IMG/VR virus record: IMGVR_UViG_3300044759_000129
Coordinates: 1 to 57,716 of that record
Direction: 5' to 3' (one strand)
Length of the DNA: 57,716 bases
Source: a virus
A program made the translations under genes and the position numbers. Below the pieces are notes generated by a model that did not search any database, was not told the DNA's origin, and was given only the letters and a program-made list of their open reading frames with translations. Positions 23,735 to 32,356 of the stretch are shown in pieces. Position 1 is the first letter of the stretch. Each line of letters starts with the position of its first letter.

Positions 23735-24390
23735 CAGGCGAGCTGACTGCCGGAGCCGGCGGCCACGTTCACGATCAGGTTCGCCGTGCCCGCATCCGTC
23801 TTTGCTTCGATGCAGCCCATACCACCGGGCCCCTTGGAGACGCGGAGTTCGAAGACCTGCTCGGACAGGAGCTCGAAGTAGGCCGTTGAGCGGGCCATGG
23901 CGTTCATGGCCAGCACCGTGACGCTGGAGTCGAGCGCCACCGACACCTCCCAGCGCGTCCAATAGAGCGGCGCGGTGGAGCCGGCTACATTCTCTGGACG
24001 CGGGCTGGTGGTATCGACCAGTCGGGCTTTGAACCAGTCCGTCGGGACCGTCCAGGTGACGTTGCCGTCCACCGCGAGGGTGGCGCCGCCGCTGGCCGTG
24101 CCGTCGGTCGCGGTGATGGTGGCCCAGGTCGAGTCCGTCTTCCAGTATTTGACGGTGAGCACGCTGGCCGTGCCATTCGTGTTCCCCACATCGACGTTGA
24201 CGCCACGGAAGGGGATGTGGCTGCCGACGTAGAGGTAGTCGGCGTTGGCGGCCGTGCTCATGGAACTCAGGGTGAGGGACGTGGCGGTACTGGCGTCCTG
24301 CAGGCTGCCACTGCCGTCGGTTGCCGTGGCACCATCGTCGGCCGTCAAGAGCACGGTCAGGTAGGGGTTGATGGCGATCTGCGCCACCAC
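23734..24390 (-). CDS. Virion structural protein (218 aa from GTG; true start possibly upstream)
   Basis: ORF track. The in-frame open, coding-like extension reaches 24570 with no canonical start codon. Confidence 0.6.
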   Translation of the reverse strand: MVAQIAINPYLTVLLTADDGATATDGSGSLQDASTATSLTLSSMSTAANADYLYVGSHIPFRGVNVDVGNTNGTASVLTVKYWKTDSTWATITATDGTASGGATLAVDGNVTWTVPTDWFKARLVDTTSPRPENVAGSTAPLYWTRWEVSVALDSSVTVLAMNAMARSTAYFELLSEQVFELRVSKGPGGMGCIEAKTDAGTANLIVNVAAGSGSQLA

Positions 24391-24574
24391 GGCGGTGGCG
24401 AGGTTGCGCGGGCTGATAAAGAGGTGGTGCGTGCCGTCCGGAATCTGGACAAAGGCGGCTGTTGTGGTCAGGGCGCTGCCGCCCCCAGCGGTAGATACGC
24501 TGCGTAGTTCTCCTAATGGTCCGCTGTGGGTTTCGGTGGCGATGGCAGTACCCTCGCTTTCTCCTGGGCGCTAA

Positions 24575-24922
24575 CTACCCGGTCCGGCGCTCGATCATGG
24601 GCAGGAGATCGGACTCGTCTTTTTCAAAGTGCAGCGTGCAGTACGGTGCGATTCGTGGGTCTTCCAGATCGGCCTGGCTCGTGGGCCAGGAGCGACACAC
24701 CTCGGGCCGTGTCTCGTAGACCGTGCAGCGGTTATCCGCCCCGAGCGCCCCACAGGGAACGGGGATGTGGGCAAGGACCACCCCCCGATCCTCCCGTGTC
24801 GTAATGCCGTGAAGAGCCAGCCAGTGTCGGATGTCGGGCACCCGAAAATAGTCGTCGTGACACACCAGCTCCACGAAAGAGCAGCACACGCCACATTGGT
24901 TACAGGTCCCGGCCAGCTTCAC
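24575..24922 (-). CDS. YkgJ-family CxxCxxCC cysteine-cluster (Zn/Fe-binding) protein
   Basis: CNQCGVCC near the N-terminus plus downstream Cys residues. Confidence 0.7.
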   Translation of the reverse strand: MKLAGTCNQCGVCCSFVELVCHDDYFRVPDIRHWLALHGITTREDRGVVLAHIPVPCGALGADNRCTVYETRPEVCRSWPTSQADLEDPRIAPYCTLHFEKDESDLLPMIERRTG

Positions 24923-25101
24923 CCGGCGGGCTCCACGGTGGCCTGGTCCCGGACCTGCGATTCCAGGGCCGCCAGGCGCAGCTCCAGCCGGGCCAGCCGT
25001 TCCGAATAGAGCGTGACGGTCTGCTCGAGCAGGGCGCGCAGCTCGTCGACGGCGTGCGCCAGCTCGATCTCGTCAATGGCGATCAGACTCTCGGCGGTCA
25101 T
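24919..25101 (-). CDS. Small coiled-coil protein (60 aa)
   Basis: ORF track; ATGA coupling. Confidence 0.5.
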   Translation of the reverse strand: MTAESLIAIDEIELAHAVDELRALLEQTVTLYSERLARLELRLAALESQVRDQATVEPAG

Positions 25102-25463
25102 GACGGGCTCGTCCGTCGTGGCGGCGGATTGCTCTCCGTGGTCGTGGTGGTCGTGGAGGTCCCACTCGTCCGCGAGGTCGTGCTCTCGCTGCTCGGGGGC
25201 GCGGGCGGCGTCCCACCCGGCCGGGTGGCGGGTGCCGGGCTCTCGGCCGTCGCGGACGCACCGCCGCTGGTCTTCGGGCTACTCTCGGTGGTGGTCTCAC
25301 TGCCACTGGTGCGGGGGGCACGGGCGCTCGCCGCTGGTTTGAGCAGGGCGCAGTCGTCGTCGTGACCCGTGCTCCAGCTCAGTCCGTCCTCGCTCACCGT
25401 ACGGGTACAGCCACAGGGCGCTTTGCCCGTCTTGGTTGCGGTTGCCATCTCTTCAGGAGTCAT
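25098..25463 (-). CDS. Ser/Thr/Pro-rich low-complexity protein (121 aa)
   Basis: TSGSETTTESSPKTSGG...TSGTSTTTTTTESNPPP. Confidence 0.55.
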   Translation of the reverse strand: MTPEEMATATKTGKAPCGCTRTVSEDGLSWSTGHDDDCALLKPAASARAPRTSGSETTTESSPKTSGGASATAESPAPATRPGGTPPAPPSSESTTSRTSGTSTTTTTTESNPPPRRTSPS

Positions 25464-25797
25464 CGGTCAGTCCTTTCTCGAACGTCGGGTGGGCCGCCAG
25501 GATGGCCTTCCCCATGGCTTTCGGCAGCACCGCGCAGCCGTATTCGCCAGCGGGCTCGCCCTGCTCTTCGGCCATCCTGCGGCCCAGGTCCATGGTCTCA
25601 TCACAGATTTCGCGGTACAGCGCGTGGTTCCGCTCGGTGTTGAGCGGCGGTGGCCCAGGGACGCGGATGTTCACCCGGGGGGGCACCTTGACCAGGACCT
25701 GGTCACAGGTCCAGCACGTCAGGGTGGTGTCCCCCTGGTACTCCCGCATCAGCACCTCGTGGTCCCCGCAGGCGCAGCGCCACTGGTAAATGGGCAT
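25453..25797 (-). CDS. FmdB-family zinc-ribbon protein
   Basis: MPIYQWRCACGDHEV...LTCWTCDQ. Confidence 0.7.
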   Translation of the reverse strand: MPIYQWRCACGDHEVLMREYQGDTTLTCWTCDQVLVKVPPRVNIRVPGPPPLNTERNHALYREICDETMDLGRRMAEEQGEPAGEYGCAVLPKAMGKAILAAHPTFEKGLTDDS

Positions 25798-25799
25798 CG

Positions 25800-26606
25800 C
25801 TATGCGGTCCTCGTCGCCCGGTCCATGAACGCGACGATGTAGTCAACCGTGCTCGTCTTGGCGGCTGTCGTTCGCGTTCTGCACGCATGGAAGAAGCGCA
25901 GGAGCGTTCCCCCTTCTACGCGATGTGCAATCAGGCCGGTGCTGGTCGTCGTGAAACGTCCTCCATCGACACTGGCTACGGGGATATCGCCAGCGAGTGA
26001 TACCCGGTACGTGTGGAAGGTCGCCGCCGTGGGCGTGAACACCGGGGACAGCGTTGTCGCCGTGGCGTTCATATTGGTCGTCGACCCGTCCGTCAGGAAC
26101 GCCATGGTCGTGAGGGTCTGGGATTGGTCGATGTGGAGGACCGCCGCGTCCGAGGTGCCACCGGCGAAGGTCGGGGTATCGATGTCGGCGCCAACCGGCA
26201 GGGTCAGGTCCGAGGCGGCGTCGATGAAGCCGCACTCCATCATCAGGGTCGTCACGACGTCGACGGCGATGCGCATCTCCACGGCGCAGTTGTTGTCGCC
26301 GGCCCAGATGCGCGGCCCGTAGACGCTCTCCGAATTGCCGGAGGTGGTGCCGGTGACGCCTCGGATGGCGCCGCCGACAATCGCCGTGGCCGGCTGGGCG
26401 AAGGGCGTGCCGGTGCCGGTCTCGCCGGCGATGACGTTGTCCAGGTTGATGGTGTCGCCGAGGAAGTCGTCGAAAAAGAAGATGAAATCCTGCACCGCGA
26501 GGGGGGCCAGCACGCTGCGGCCGCTGCCGCCCTTGAAGCGGTCGAGCTCCCGAAAGGAGAAGGGGAAACGCTTCCGCGCGATGGAATCCGCGTAGCCGGT
26601 GGGCAT
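25800..26606 (-). CDS. Virion-module protein (268 aa), predicted beta-sandwich/jelly-roll type
   Basis: AGGAAGGAA SD. FFFDDFLGD motif; beta-rich sequence. Confidence 0.6.
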   Translation of the reverse strand: MPTGYADSIARKRFPFSFRELDRFKGGSGRSVLAPLAVQDFIFFFDDFLGDTINLDNVIAGETGTGTPFAQPATAIVGGAIRGVTGTTSGNSESVYGPRIWAGDNNCAVEMRIAVDVVTTLMMECGFIDAASDLTLPVGADIDTPTFAGGTSDAAVLHIDQSQTLTTMAFLTDGSTTNMNATATTLSPVFTPTAATFHTYRVSLAGDIPVASVDGGRFTTTSTGLIAHRVEGGTLLRFFHACRTRTTAAKTSTVDYIVAFMDRATRTA

Positions 26607-26706
26607 CTGTCATTCCTTCCTGCGGCCGGAGCCGCCTCCGAGCATTTTGGGACTCGGCTCCCGTTGGCGGGGGGAGGCAGGAATGCTGCACGCCCCCTGG
26701 TTGTCG

Positions 26707-27084
26707 CTACGCGGCCACGGCCTCCTTGACGGCGGGCGGGCCCCACTCCAGGAAGTGCTCGACATAGGTGTCGTATTCGTTCAACTGCCAGCGGATGCCC
26801 GTCAGCCAGCGCCCCCACTCCACGCGGAACCCGTCGACGCTCGCGGTTGTGCACCAGACCACGTGCTGCTGGGTAAGCCGGTCATCCCGGCGCAGCCACG
26901 CCCAGCGCACCACGCCGTCCCGCAGCCCGACGAGCACGACCTGGGCCACCCCGCCCAGGGGCGCGATCGCGGCGGGGACCTTGTCCTGCTCCTTCGCCGG
27001 GAGCGGCTCGAGACCAGCGGCCAGCGGCGCGATATCCTCGGGCAGATCCTGGCCCACGAAGAAGAGCTCGGGCAGCTGGGTCAT
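26707..27084 (-). CDS. Hypothetical protein (125 aa)
   Basis: ORF track; ATGA coupling with the glycosyltransferase gene. Confidence 0.55.
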   Translation of the reverse strand: MTQLPELFFVGQDLPEDIAPLAAGLEPLPAKEQDKVPAAIAPLGGVAQVVLVGLRDGVVRWAWLRRDDRLTQQHVVWCTTASVDGFRVEWGRWLTGIRWQLNEYDTYVEHFLEWGPPAVKEAVAA

Positions 27085-27914
27085 GCGCCGACCTTCTCCC
27101 GCTGGCGCTCGGCGTGGCGGCGCTGCTGACGAGAGATGGGCGGCGCCTGCACCTCGGTGCCCTTGACCAGGGGGGTCAAGGCAGGCGGCACCTGGGCGAA
27201 GCGGATGCCCTGATTCGAAAGGGTGAGCGGCACGATGGGCGGCTGCCGCCAGATCAGGTGCTCCAGCCGAAAGACCTGCTGCCCGATGTGGCCGAGCCTG
27301 ACGGCGGGGTTGACGTAGGTGTCGATGCCAACCTGCGCCGCTTTGCTGCAGATGTCAAAGTCCTCGGACATTCCTATGGGCTGGCCGTCGGGCGCTTCGC
27401 CACGGGGCGCCTCGTAGAAGGGATAGAACTGCATGCGGCGGTCGGCCTTCGGGTGGAGGAGCGGCAAGTCGAGCTGGTCCCGCATGCGCTCGAGGGCCAC
27501 GCGCGGGATGGCCATGAAGCCACTGGCGCCGTAGAGAATCGGCACGGGCGTCGGGTCCTCGCCGAAGACGATCTCCCGGTCGCCCAGCATGCTGCTCACC
27601 TGGCCGTCGCCCCAGGCCCGCGTCGGGTAGGCGCCCACCACGATGGCCTGCAAGTCGTGGGCCTGCTCGGCAACCTGCATGAACGGTTCCGGGTCAAAGA
27701 GGATGTCGCTATCCACGGTGACGAGCAGGTCGGCCGCCGTGTCTCGCAGGAATCTGGTGGCCAGGGTGCTGCGCGCCCGCGTAATGAGCGCGTCGCCCTG
27801 TTGGATCTCGAGGGAGACGTTCGGATACGCCCGGGCCACCGACCAGAGGGACGCGGTCGTTCCCGCTTCGATCGAGCGCCACACACACATACCTAAAACC
27901 ACCGAGGGGGTCAC
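27081..27914 (-). CDS. GT-A fold (family-2-like) glycosyltransferase
   Basis: DxD-type motif LLVTVDSDILF; downstream SEDFDICSKA. Confidence 0.7.
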   Translation of the reverse strand: MTPSVVLGMCVWRSIEAGTTASLWSVARAYPNVSLEIQQGDALITRARSTLATRFLRDTAADLLVTVDSDILFDPEPFMQVAEQAHDLQAIVVGAYPTRAWGDGQVSSMLGDREIVFGEDPTPVPILYGASGFMAIPRVALERMRDQLDLPLLHPKADRRMQFYPFYEAPRGEAPDGQPIGMSEDFDICSKAAQVGIDTYVNPAVRLGHIGQQVFRLEHLIWRQPPIVPLTLSNQGIRFAQVPPALTPLVKGTEVQAPPISRQQRRHAERQREKVGA

Positions 27915-28687
27915 TGCGGGTCGACCCGGTAGGTGGGCTCGCCCTGTTTGGCGGCCTCCACCCGCGCGGCCTTCTCCCGCGCCGCCTGCACGCTCGGGGA
28001 GATGGGCACGCCGGCCCCGGCCGTCTCGATGACGGGCGCGGTGTAGACCTCCTCCGGCGGCTCCTCGGGGAGGTCGTCGAAGGTGATGGTGACGACCGAG
28101 CGGTCGCGGAGCCGGTCGCCGAAGTCGATGCCCATCTGCCGGCCCCAGGCGAAGATGTCCTCCGGCTTCATGCTGTGGTGCACCGTCATGTGCTGGAACA
28201 AGCCCTGCGGCTCGAGGAACACGCGGTTGTGGCAGTTGGGACAGCCGAACTCCTGGATGCGCAACCCCGGCTCCCGCAGCTGGGGGAAGAGCCGCGCGAG
28301 CTGGGCGTCCTGCTGGTACTCGGCGGGCAGCGTCGGCCAGTCGTGGCGCAGGTTCGTGACCCGGTGCCAGTGGTAGGCCAGGATCTGGGAGAGCGGGAAA
28401 AGGGCGCGGCCCTCCGGGTGGGTGAGGATGTTGTGCCAGTGGTTCTTGCTGTCCGGGCCGGTGGAGCCGAACTGGTCGAGCGGCGTCCAGCCGGTGCGCA
28501 TGAAGCCGATGGCGGCGGTGTCGGAGCTATCGCGCGGCTGGATCCAGCCGGCCTGCGCGTAGGGCTCGCCGGTGTGGCGTACGATGTCCGGCGCCTTCCA
28601 GTAGATGACTTTCTCCCACCGCGAATTGTTCAAGGGGCGGAAGAGGTCAGCGTGCTGCGGGTCGTAGGGAATGGGCGTCAGCGGCAT
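27911..28687 (-). CDS. Hypothetical protein with C2H2-like zinc finger (258 aa)
   Basis: CPNCHNRVFLEPQGLFQHMTVHH. Confidence 0.6.
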   Translation of the reverse strand: MPLTPIPYDPQHADLFRPLNNSRWEKVIYWKAPDIVRHTGEPYAQAGWIQPRDSSDTAAIGFMRTGWTPLDQFGSTGPDSKNHWHNILTHPEGRALFPLSQILAYHWHRVTNLRHDWPTLPAEYQQDAQLARLFPQLREPGLRIQEFGCPNCHNRVFLEPQGLFQHMTVHHSMKPEDIFAWGRQMGIDFGDRLRDRSVVTITFDDLPEEPPEEVYTAPVIETAGAGVPISPSVQAAREKAARVEAAKQGEPTYRVDPQ

Positions 28688-28690
28688 GAC

Positions 28691-29233
28691 TCAGTGGTTC
28701 CTCAGTGATTTCTCGCGGGCGATGCGCTCGGCCTCCCGCCACAGGTCGAAGGACACCGCCTGCACCTTCTGGGCCTCGGCCTCGTCGTCCATCCACTCCA
28801 CCAGGTGGCCGTACTCGGCCAGGAACGTGCCGGTGATGTGGAAGTCGAGACACTCGGGATGGAGGATCTCGTCCTGCTGGAAGCCGACCGGCTTCGGGGT
28901 GACGGTGTCCCGATGCTGGTACGGTCCACGAATCACCAGGTTCCCTTCCTGGGTGACGAGCTGATAGCGGGCCCGTTTCTTCGCCATCTCTTCGACGAAC
29001 TTCCGGGCGCAGCGCAGGGTGAACGCCCGGAAGTGGGACTCCGGTGGCAGCGGCGACAGGTCGTTGATGCGCTCGTTCCAGACCTGGCCGGCCTCCAGCC
29101 AGACGCCATGGACCCGCCGGGCCGGCCGGGCAGCCATGACGGGGTAGGCCATGTCCCAGTCGACGACGTAGTTGCCGGTCAGCTCGACCGGCTCCCACAG
29201 GCGCGGCGACTGGGGGGTTTCGATGAGGTGCAT
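28691..29233 (-). CDS. Hypothetical protein (180 aa)
   Basis: Internal ATG at 29233 of the long ORF 28691..30019, with AAGGA upstream. The upstream part of that ORF is antisense to the HNH gene. Confidence 0.55.
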   Translation of the reverse strand: MHLIETPQSPRLWEPVELTGNYVVDWDMAYPVMAARPARRVHGVWLEAGQVWNERINDLSPLPPESHFRAFTLRCARKFVEEMAKKRARYQLVTQEGNLVIRGPYQHRDTVTPKPVGFQQDEILHPECLDFHITGTFLAEYGHLVEWMDDEAEAQKVQAVSFDLWREAERIAREKSLRNH

Positions 29234-29282
29234 CCGAACGTCCTTGTATCCACTTAAGTCGAAGCCATTATTTCGGGTGTAT

Positions 29283-29332
29283 ATGGTTGCGCTACCTGCC
29301 ATGGTTGCGCTAGCATAGGTGGGTAGCGCAAC
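29283..29332. promoter_or_regulatory. Repeat element upstream of the plus-strand HNH cassette
   Basis: ATGGTTGCGCTA at 29283..29294 and 29301..29312; inverted TAGCGCAAC at 29324..29332. Confidence 0.45.
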
Positions 29333-29343
29333 GGGAGGATGAG

Positions 29344-29472
29344 ATGGCTGGGAAGAAGCTGGGCAAGGTGCCGTGTCCGAAGTGCGGCAAGCCGATGTAC
29401 CGACGGGCGCTTCTGTGCCGGGACTGCTACCTGAAAGAAGCGACGAAGTGGGTCGAGAAGAAGGAGAGCTGA
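29344..29472 (+). CDS. Small zinc-ribbon protein (42 aa)
   Basis: GGGAGG SD. MAGKKLGKVPCPKCGKPMYRRALLCRDCYLKE. Confidence 0.45.
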   Translation: MAGKKLGKVPCPKCGKPMYRRALLCRDCYLKEATKWVEKKES

Positions 29473-29475
29473 CCG

Positions 29476-30411
29476 ATGGAACGACGGAGCAAGAGCAAGC
29501 AATGCTCCCAGTGCGGGAAACCGCTGTCCTATGGAGCCGGCACGGTCTGCCGCGATTGTTGGCGGGCCAACACCGTGAAGGAGATGCCCCATTGTCTCGA
29601 CTGCGGGATTGAACTCTCGACCCGCAGAAGCACCCGATGTCTGGTTTGTATGCGACGGTACCGGGCGGAACACGCTGCTGAGCATCGGTGTATCGAGTGC
29701 GGTGCTCCCGTCGAACACCGCGCGATCCTGTGCCTGGCCTGCCACACGAAGAAGGTGAGCCGGGAAGCCAAGCACTGCACCGATTGCGGCGTGCAGTTGC
29801 AATCCCGTCGTACGACCCAGTGTCGGGAGTGCTTTCGGAAGAGTCATATGGTGCTGGGCGAACTGCCCTCCTGCAAGAAGTGCGGCGTACGACTGCGCAG
29901 CCACAAGGCGAAGCTTTGCCGTGTCTGTTGGCGGGCCGAGCGAAGCGACAATCGCCCCTCGTGTTCCGTGTGCGGCAAGCCCCTGGCGCTCTACCATGGA
30001 GGATCGGTCTGCCGTGCATGCCTGCTGCAGCAAAGCGACGAGTCGTGGCCGCACTGCCTTGACTGCGGAAAGAAGCTGTCCCACCGAGGCGCTACGCGAT
30101 GTGGCCCCTGCTACCGCAAACGACAACACGAAATCGCACTCGCGGGTGGCAATCGCAATCTCTTCAACTCGCAGAGTGTGCGGCGATTGCTGAAGGGCGT
30201 GCCCTGCATGGTCTGTGGCGTGGTGAAGGCACACGAGTCCCTGTACGAAATCCACAAAGTGGACCCGCCCAAGGGCTATGTACGAGGCAACGTCCTGAAA
30301 GCATGCCTCGACTGCCACAAGCTTCATCATCGCCACTTACTCGCCATGCCCGATACCAGTATCATGGAGACACATTGGGATGTGGCTATGCGGCACGAAG
30401 ACCAACGTTGA
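29476..30411 (+). CDS. HNH-type endonuclease with tandem array of CxxC...CxxC zinc ribbons
   Basis: About nine C-x2-CG-x(8-12)-C-x2-C modules, then CMVCG...EIHK...CLDCHKLHH. Antisense to the late operon. GC looks lower than the flanks. Confidence 0.7.
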   Translation: MERRSKSKQCSQCGKPLSYGAGTVCRDCWRANTVKEMPHCLDCGIELSTRRSTRCLVCMRRYRAEHAAEHRCIECGAPVEHRAILCLACHTKKVSREAKHCTDCGVQLQSRRTTQCRECFRKSHMVLGELPSCKKCGVRLRSHKAKLCRVCWRAERSDNRPSCSVCGKPLALYHGGSVCRACLLQQSDESWPHCLDCGKKLSHRGATRCGPCYRKRQHEIALAGGNRNLFNSQSVRRLLKGVPCMVCGVVKAHESLYEIHKVDPPKGYVRGNVLKACLDCHKLHHRHLLAMPDTSIMETHWDVAMRHEDQR

Positions 30412-31285
30412 ATCTGTCGTCCGATGCTCCCCCACCGAGAGTAGAAGGTGCAATAAGTCTCTCAGCGAAGTTATAAATTACATCGACAAGTACTCCCCAT
30501 CCCGTTTCCAGGATTTCGTACCTCACGTGCGTCTGGGGCTTGCGCTGCATGATGAGGGCCACGCCGCGCTTGTGACCGAACCACGAATAGGACTGGTTGG
30601 CCGCTGCGGGGTTGTTATTGGCCAGGCTGGATTCGTAGACGGGGGCGCCGTAGACCTTGCCGATCATCGCCTCGGTGATGGCGCGGGTGGCCCGGTCCTG
30701 GCCGACGTAGAGCTGACTGACGAACTTGTCGATCTTCAGCAGCCCAATGTGGAACGCGGGACTGACGTACCAGAAGCGCTCCGACTGCGGGACGTCGCCG
30801 TCATTGAAGTACTGGACGGCACGGAGGAGGTCGTCATCAGTCGGGTCGGCGCCGAGGGTGCCGACGAGCTGGGAGAAGGACGACGGGAGCGACGCCAGGC
30901 CGCTCGTTATGTCTCCTTCGATATAGGACGTCAGGGAGTAGCCGCACGCCCCGGTGTACTCGGCACGCAGGTCGATATTGGCCTGCAATTCGGCGATATC
31001 CTCAACCAAAAACGCGACATATGCTTGCCGGCTAATGGTGATTTGCTGGCGCGTCTCGGTGATGTTCGCCCACGTTGCCGACGCGTCCTCGGTCTTCACC
31101 CGTACGGCCGGGTTGCTGCGGTCCTGGATGTTCAGCACGCGGCCCATGCGCATCTCGGCCTCGTACTTCCTGTCCACTTTTTCTGACAGCACGGTGGCCG
31201 CTTCGGTCGCATCCGAGACATGTCGGGACCAGATAGTTGGCAGGAAGTTCGCAGCTGGGCTAACGCCAGTCGTGTTTACCGCGAT
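30386..31285 (-). CDS. T7-like (HK97-fold) major capsid protein; proposed ATC start at 31285 (first canonical start is GTG 31192)
   Basis: AYVAFLVEDIAELQANIDLRAEYT resembles T7 gp10 DIEDAMNHYDVRSEYT. The capsid N-terminal motif FLPTIWS lies upstream of the GTG. Confidence 0.75.
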   Translation of the reverse strand: MAVNTTGVSPAANFLPTIWSRHVSDATEAATVLSEKVDRKYEAEMRMGRVLNIQDRSNPAVRVKTEDASATWANITETRQQITISRQAYVAFLVEDIAELQANIDLRAEYTGACGYSLTSYIEGDITSGLASLPSSFSQLVGTLGADPTDDDLLRAVQYFNDGDVPQSERFWYVSPAFHIGLLKIDKFVSQLYVGQDRATRAITEAMIGKVYGAPVYESSLANNNPAAANQSYSWFGHKRGVALIMQRKPQTHVRYEILETGWGVLVDVIYNFAERLIAPSTLGGGASDDRFNVGLRAA

Positions 31286-31333
31286 TGTGGGCCACCTTTC
31301 TGCGCCTTTCGGCGTCTAACGTGTCTGTTCGCG

Positions 31334-32338
31334 TTAGCGACGCCGCCCGTTGGCGCTCGCCATGGCCACCTGGTCATACAACCGGGGATTTTTCTTCAGC
31401 TCCTCCAGCCGTTTCTCCAGCGGCCAGTTGTCCACCTCCTGGGCGGACGGGATGCGACCACGTCCACCACCACCACCAGACTGGATGATGGGCGTGTTCT
31501 GGGCATCGACCAGCCCGCGTTGGGCGTTCACGGCCCGCTCTTCGCGCCGCGCCTTCGTGCGGGCCGCCGTCTCGTCCTTCTCCATCTGGCGGCCGTGGGC
31601 CTCAGCGGCTTTCCACCACTCCTTCAAGTGTTGGTACATGCCGTCGTCAAAGGTGCCCGGGTAGCTCTTGTCGGACAGATCCTTCCGCACCGTGGGCGGC
31701 ATGTCGCTGTCGTGGAAGCGCTGGAAGGCCCGCATCGCGGCCGCTTCGGCACTGGCTTTGGTCCGCGCCACCGCCTGGTAGGTCTGCAGCTCGCGGCCGT
31801 AATACGCCTGCGCGTTCTGCCACCCGGCATCCTGATTAGCCCAGTAGTCGTGCCACTGCTGGCGCAATTGCTGCGCCGCGATGACGTCGGTCTCGCCGTA
31901 GTCGTGGAGCTGCTGCTCGATGCCGGGTCGGCTCGCCAGGTCCTGCTGGTAGGCCGCCTGCGCCGCCTTCATGTTGGCCTGCAGGTTCTGGTAGGCCGCC
32001 TGCTCCTGCTGCTGCTGCAGGCGCTGGTTCGCCGCTGTCTGCGCCCGCTGCTCGGTGAGGGCGCTGAGCTCGGCCGCCAGCTTCGGGTTGCCCTTGACCA
32101 GGTCCTCGAGGGTCGGCTCGGGTACCACCGCCGCCGTGGGAGATTCCTCGGATGCGGAGGGAGGTTCCTCCGCGTCCTCGGTATCCGTGTCCTCGTCCTC
32201 GTCGTCGGGAGCGTTGAGCGCGAGGTCGTCCTCGAACTCAGCCTGCTCCAGCGCGTCCGAAGGCGTGACGACCTCTTCGGCTTCGGGGGCCGCTGCTGAC
32301 TCTTCGGTGGGTTGCAGCTCTTCGGGCTCGTCGGGCAT
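31334..32338 (-). CDS. Scaffolding-like protein (acidic N-terminus, Q/A-rich coiled coil)
   Basis: Lies immediately upstream of the capsid gene; composition. Start chosen at ATG 32338, downstream of a terminator. Confidence 0.6.
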   Translation of the reverse strand: MPDEPEELQPTEESAAAPEAEEVVTPSDALEQAEFEDDLALNAPDDEDEDTDTEDAEEPPSASEESPTAAVVPEPTLEDLVKGNPKLAAELSALTEQRAQTAANQRLQQQQEQAAYQNLQANMKAAQAAYQQDLASRPGIEQQLHDYGETDVIAAQQLRQQWHDYWANQDAGWQNAQAYYGRELQTYQAVARTKASAEAAAMRAFQRFHDSDMPPTVRKDLSDKSYPGTFDDGMYQHLKEWWKAAEAHGRQMEKDETAARTKARREERAVNAQRGLVDAQNTPIIQSGGGGGRGRIPSAQEVDNWPLEKRLEELKKNPRLYDQVAMASANGRRR

Positions 32339-32356
32339 GCATCTGTTCCCGAGGCA

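Noticed and set aside
31316-31336. A scaffold-capsid fusion by stop-codon read-through (both ORFs are in the same frame)
   Set aside because: It would need read-through of two different stops, TAA and TAG, five codons apart. Sharing a frame has a one-in-three chance. It is kept only as a footnote to the ATC-start finding.
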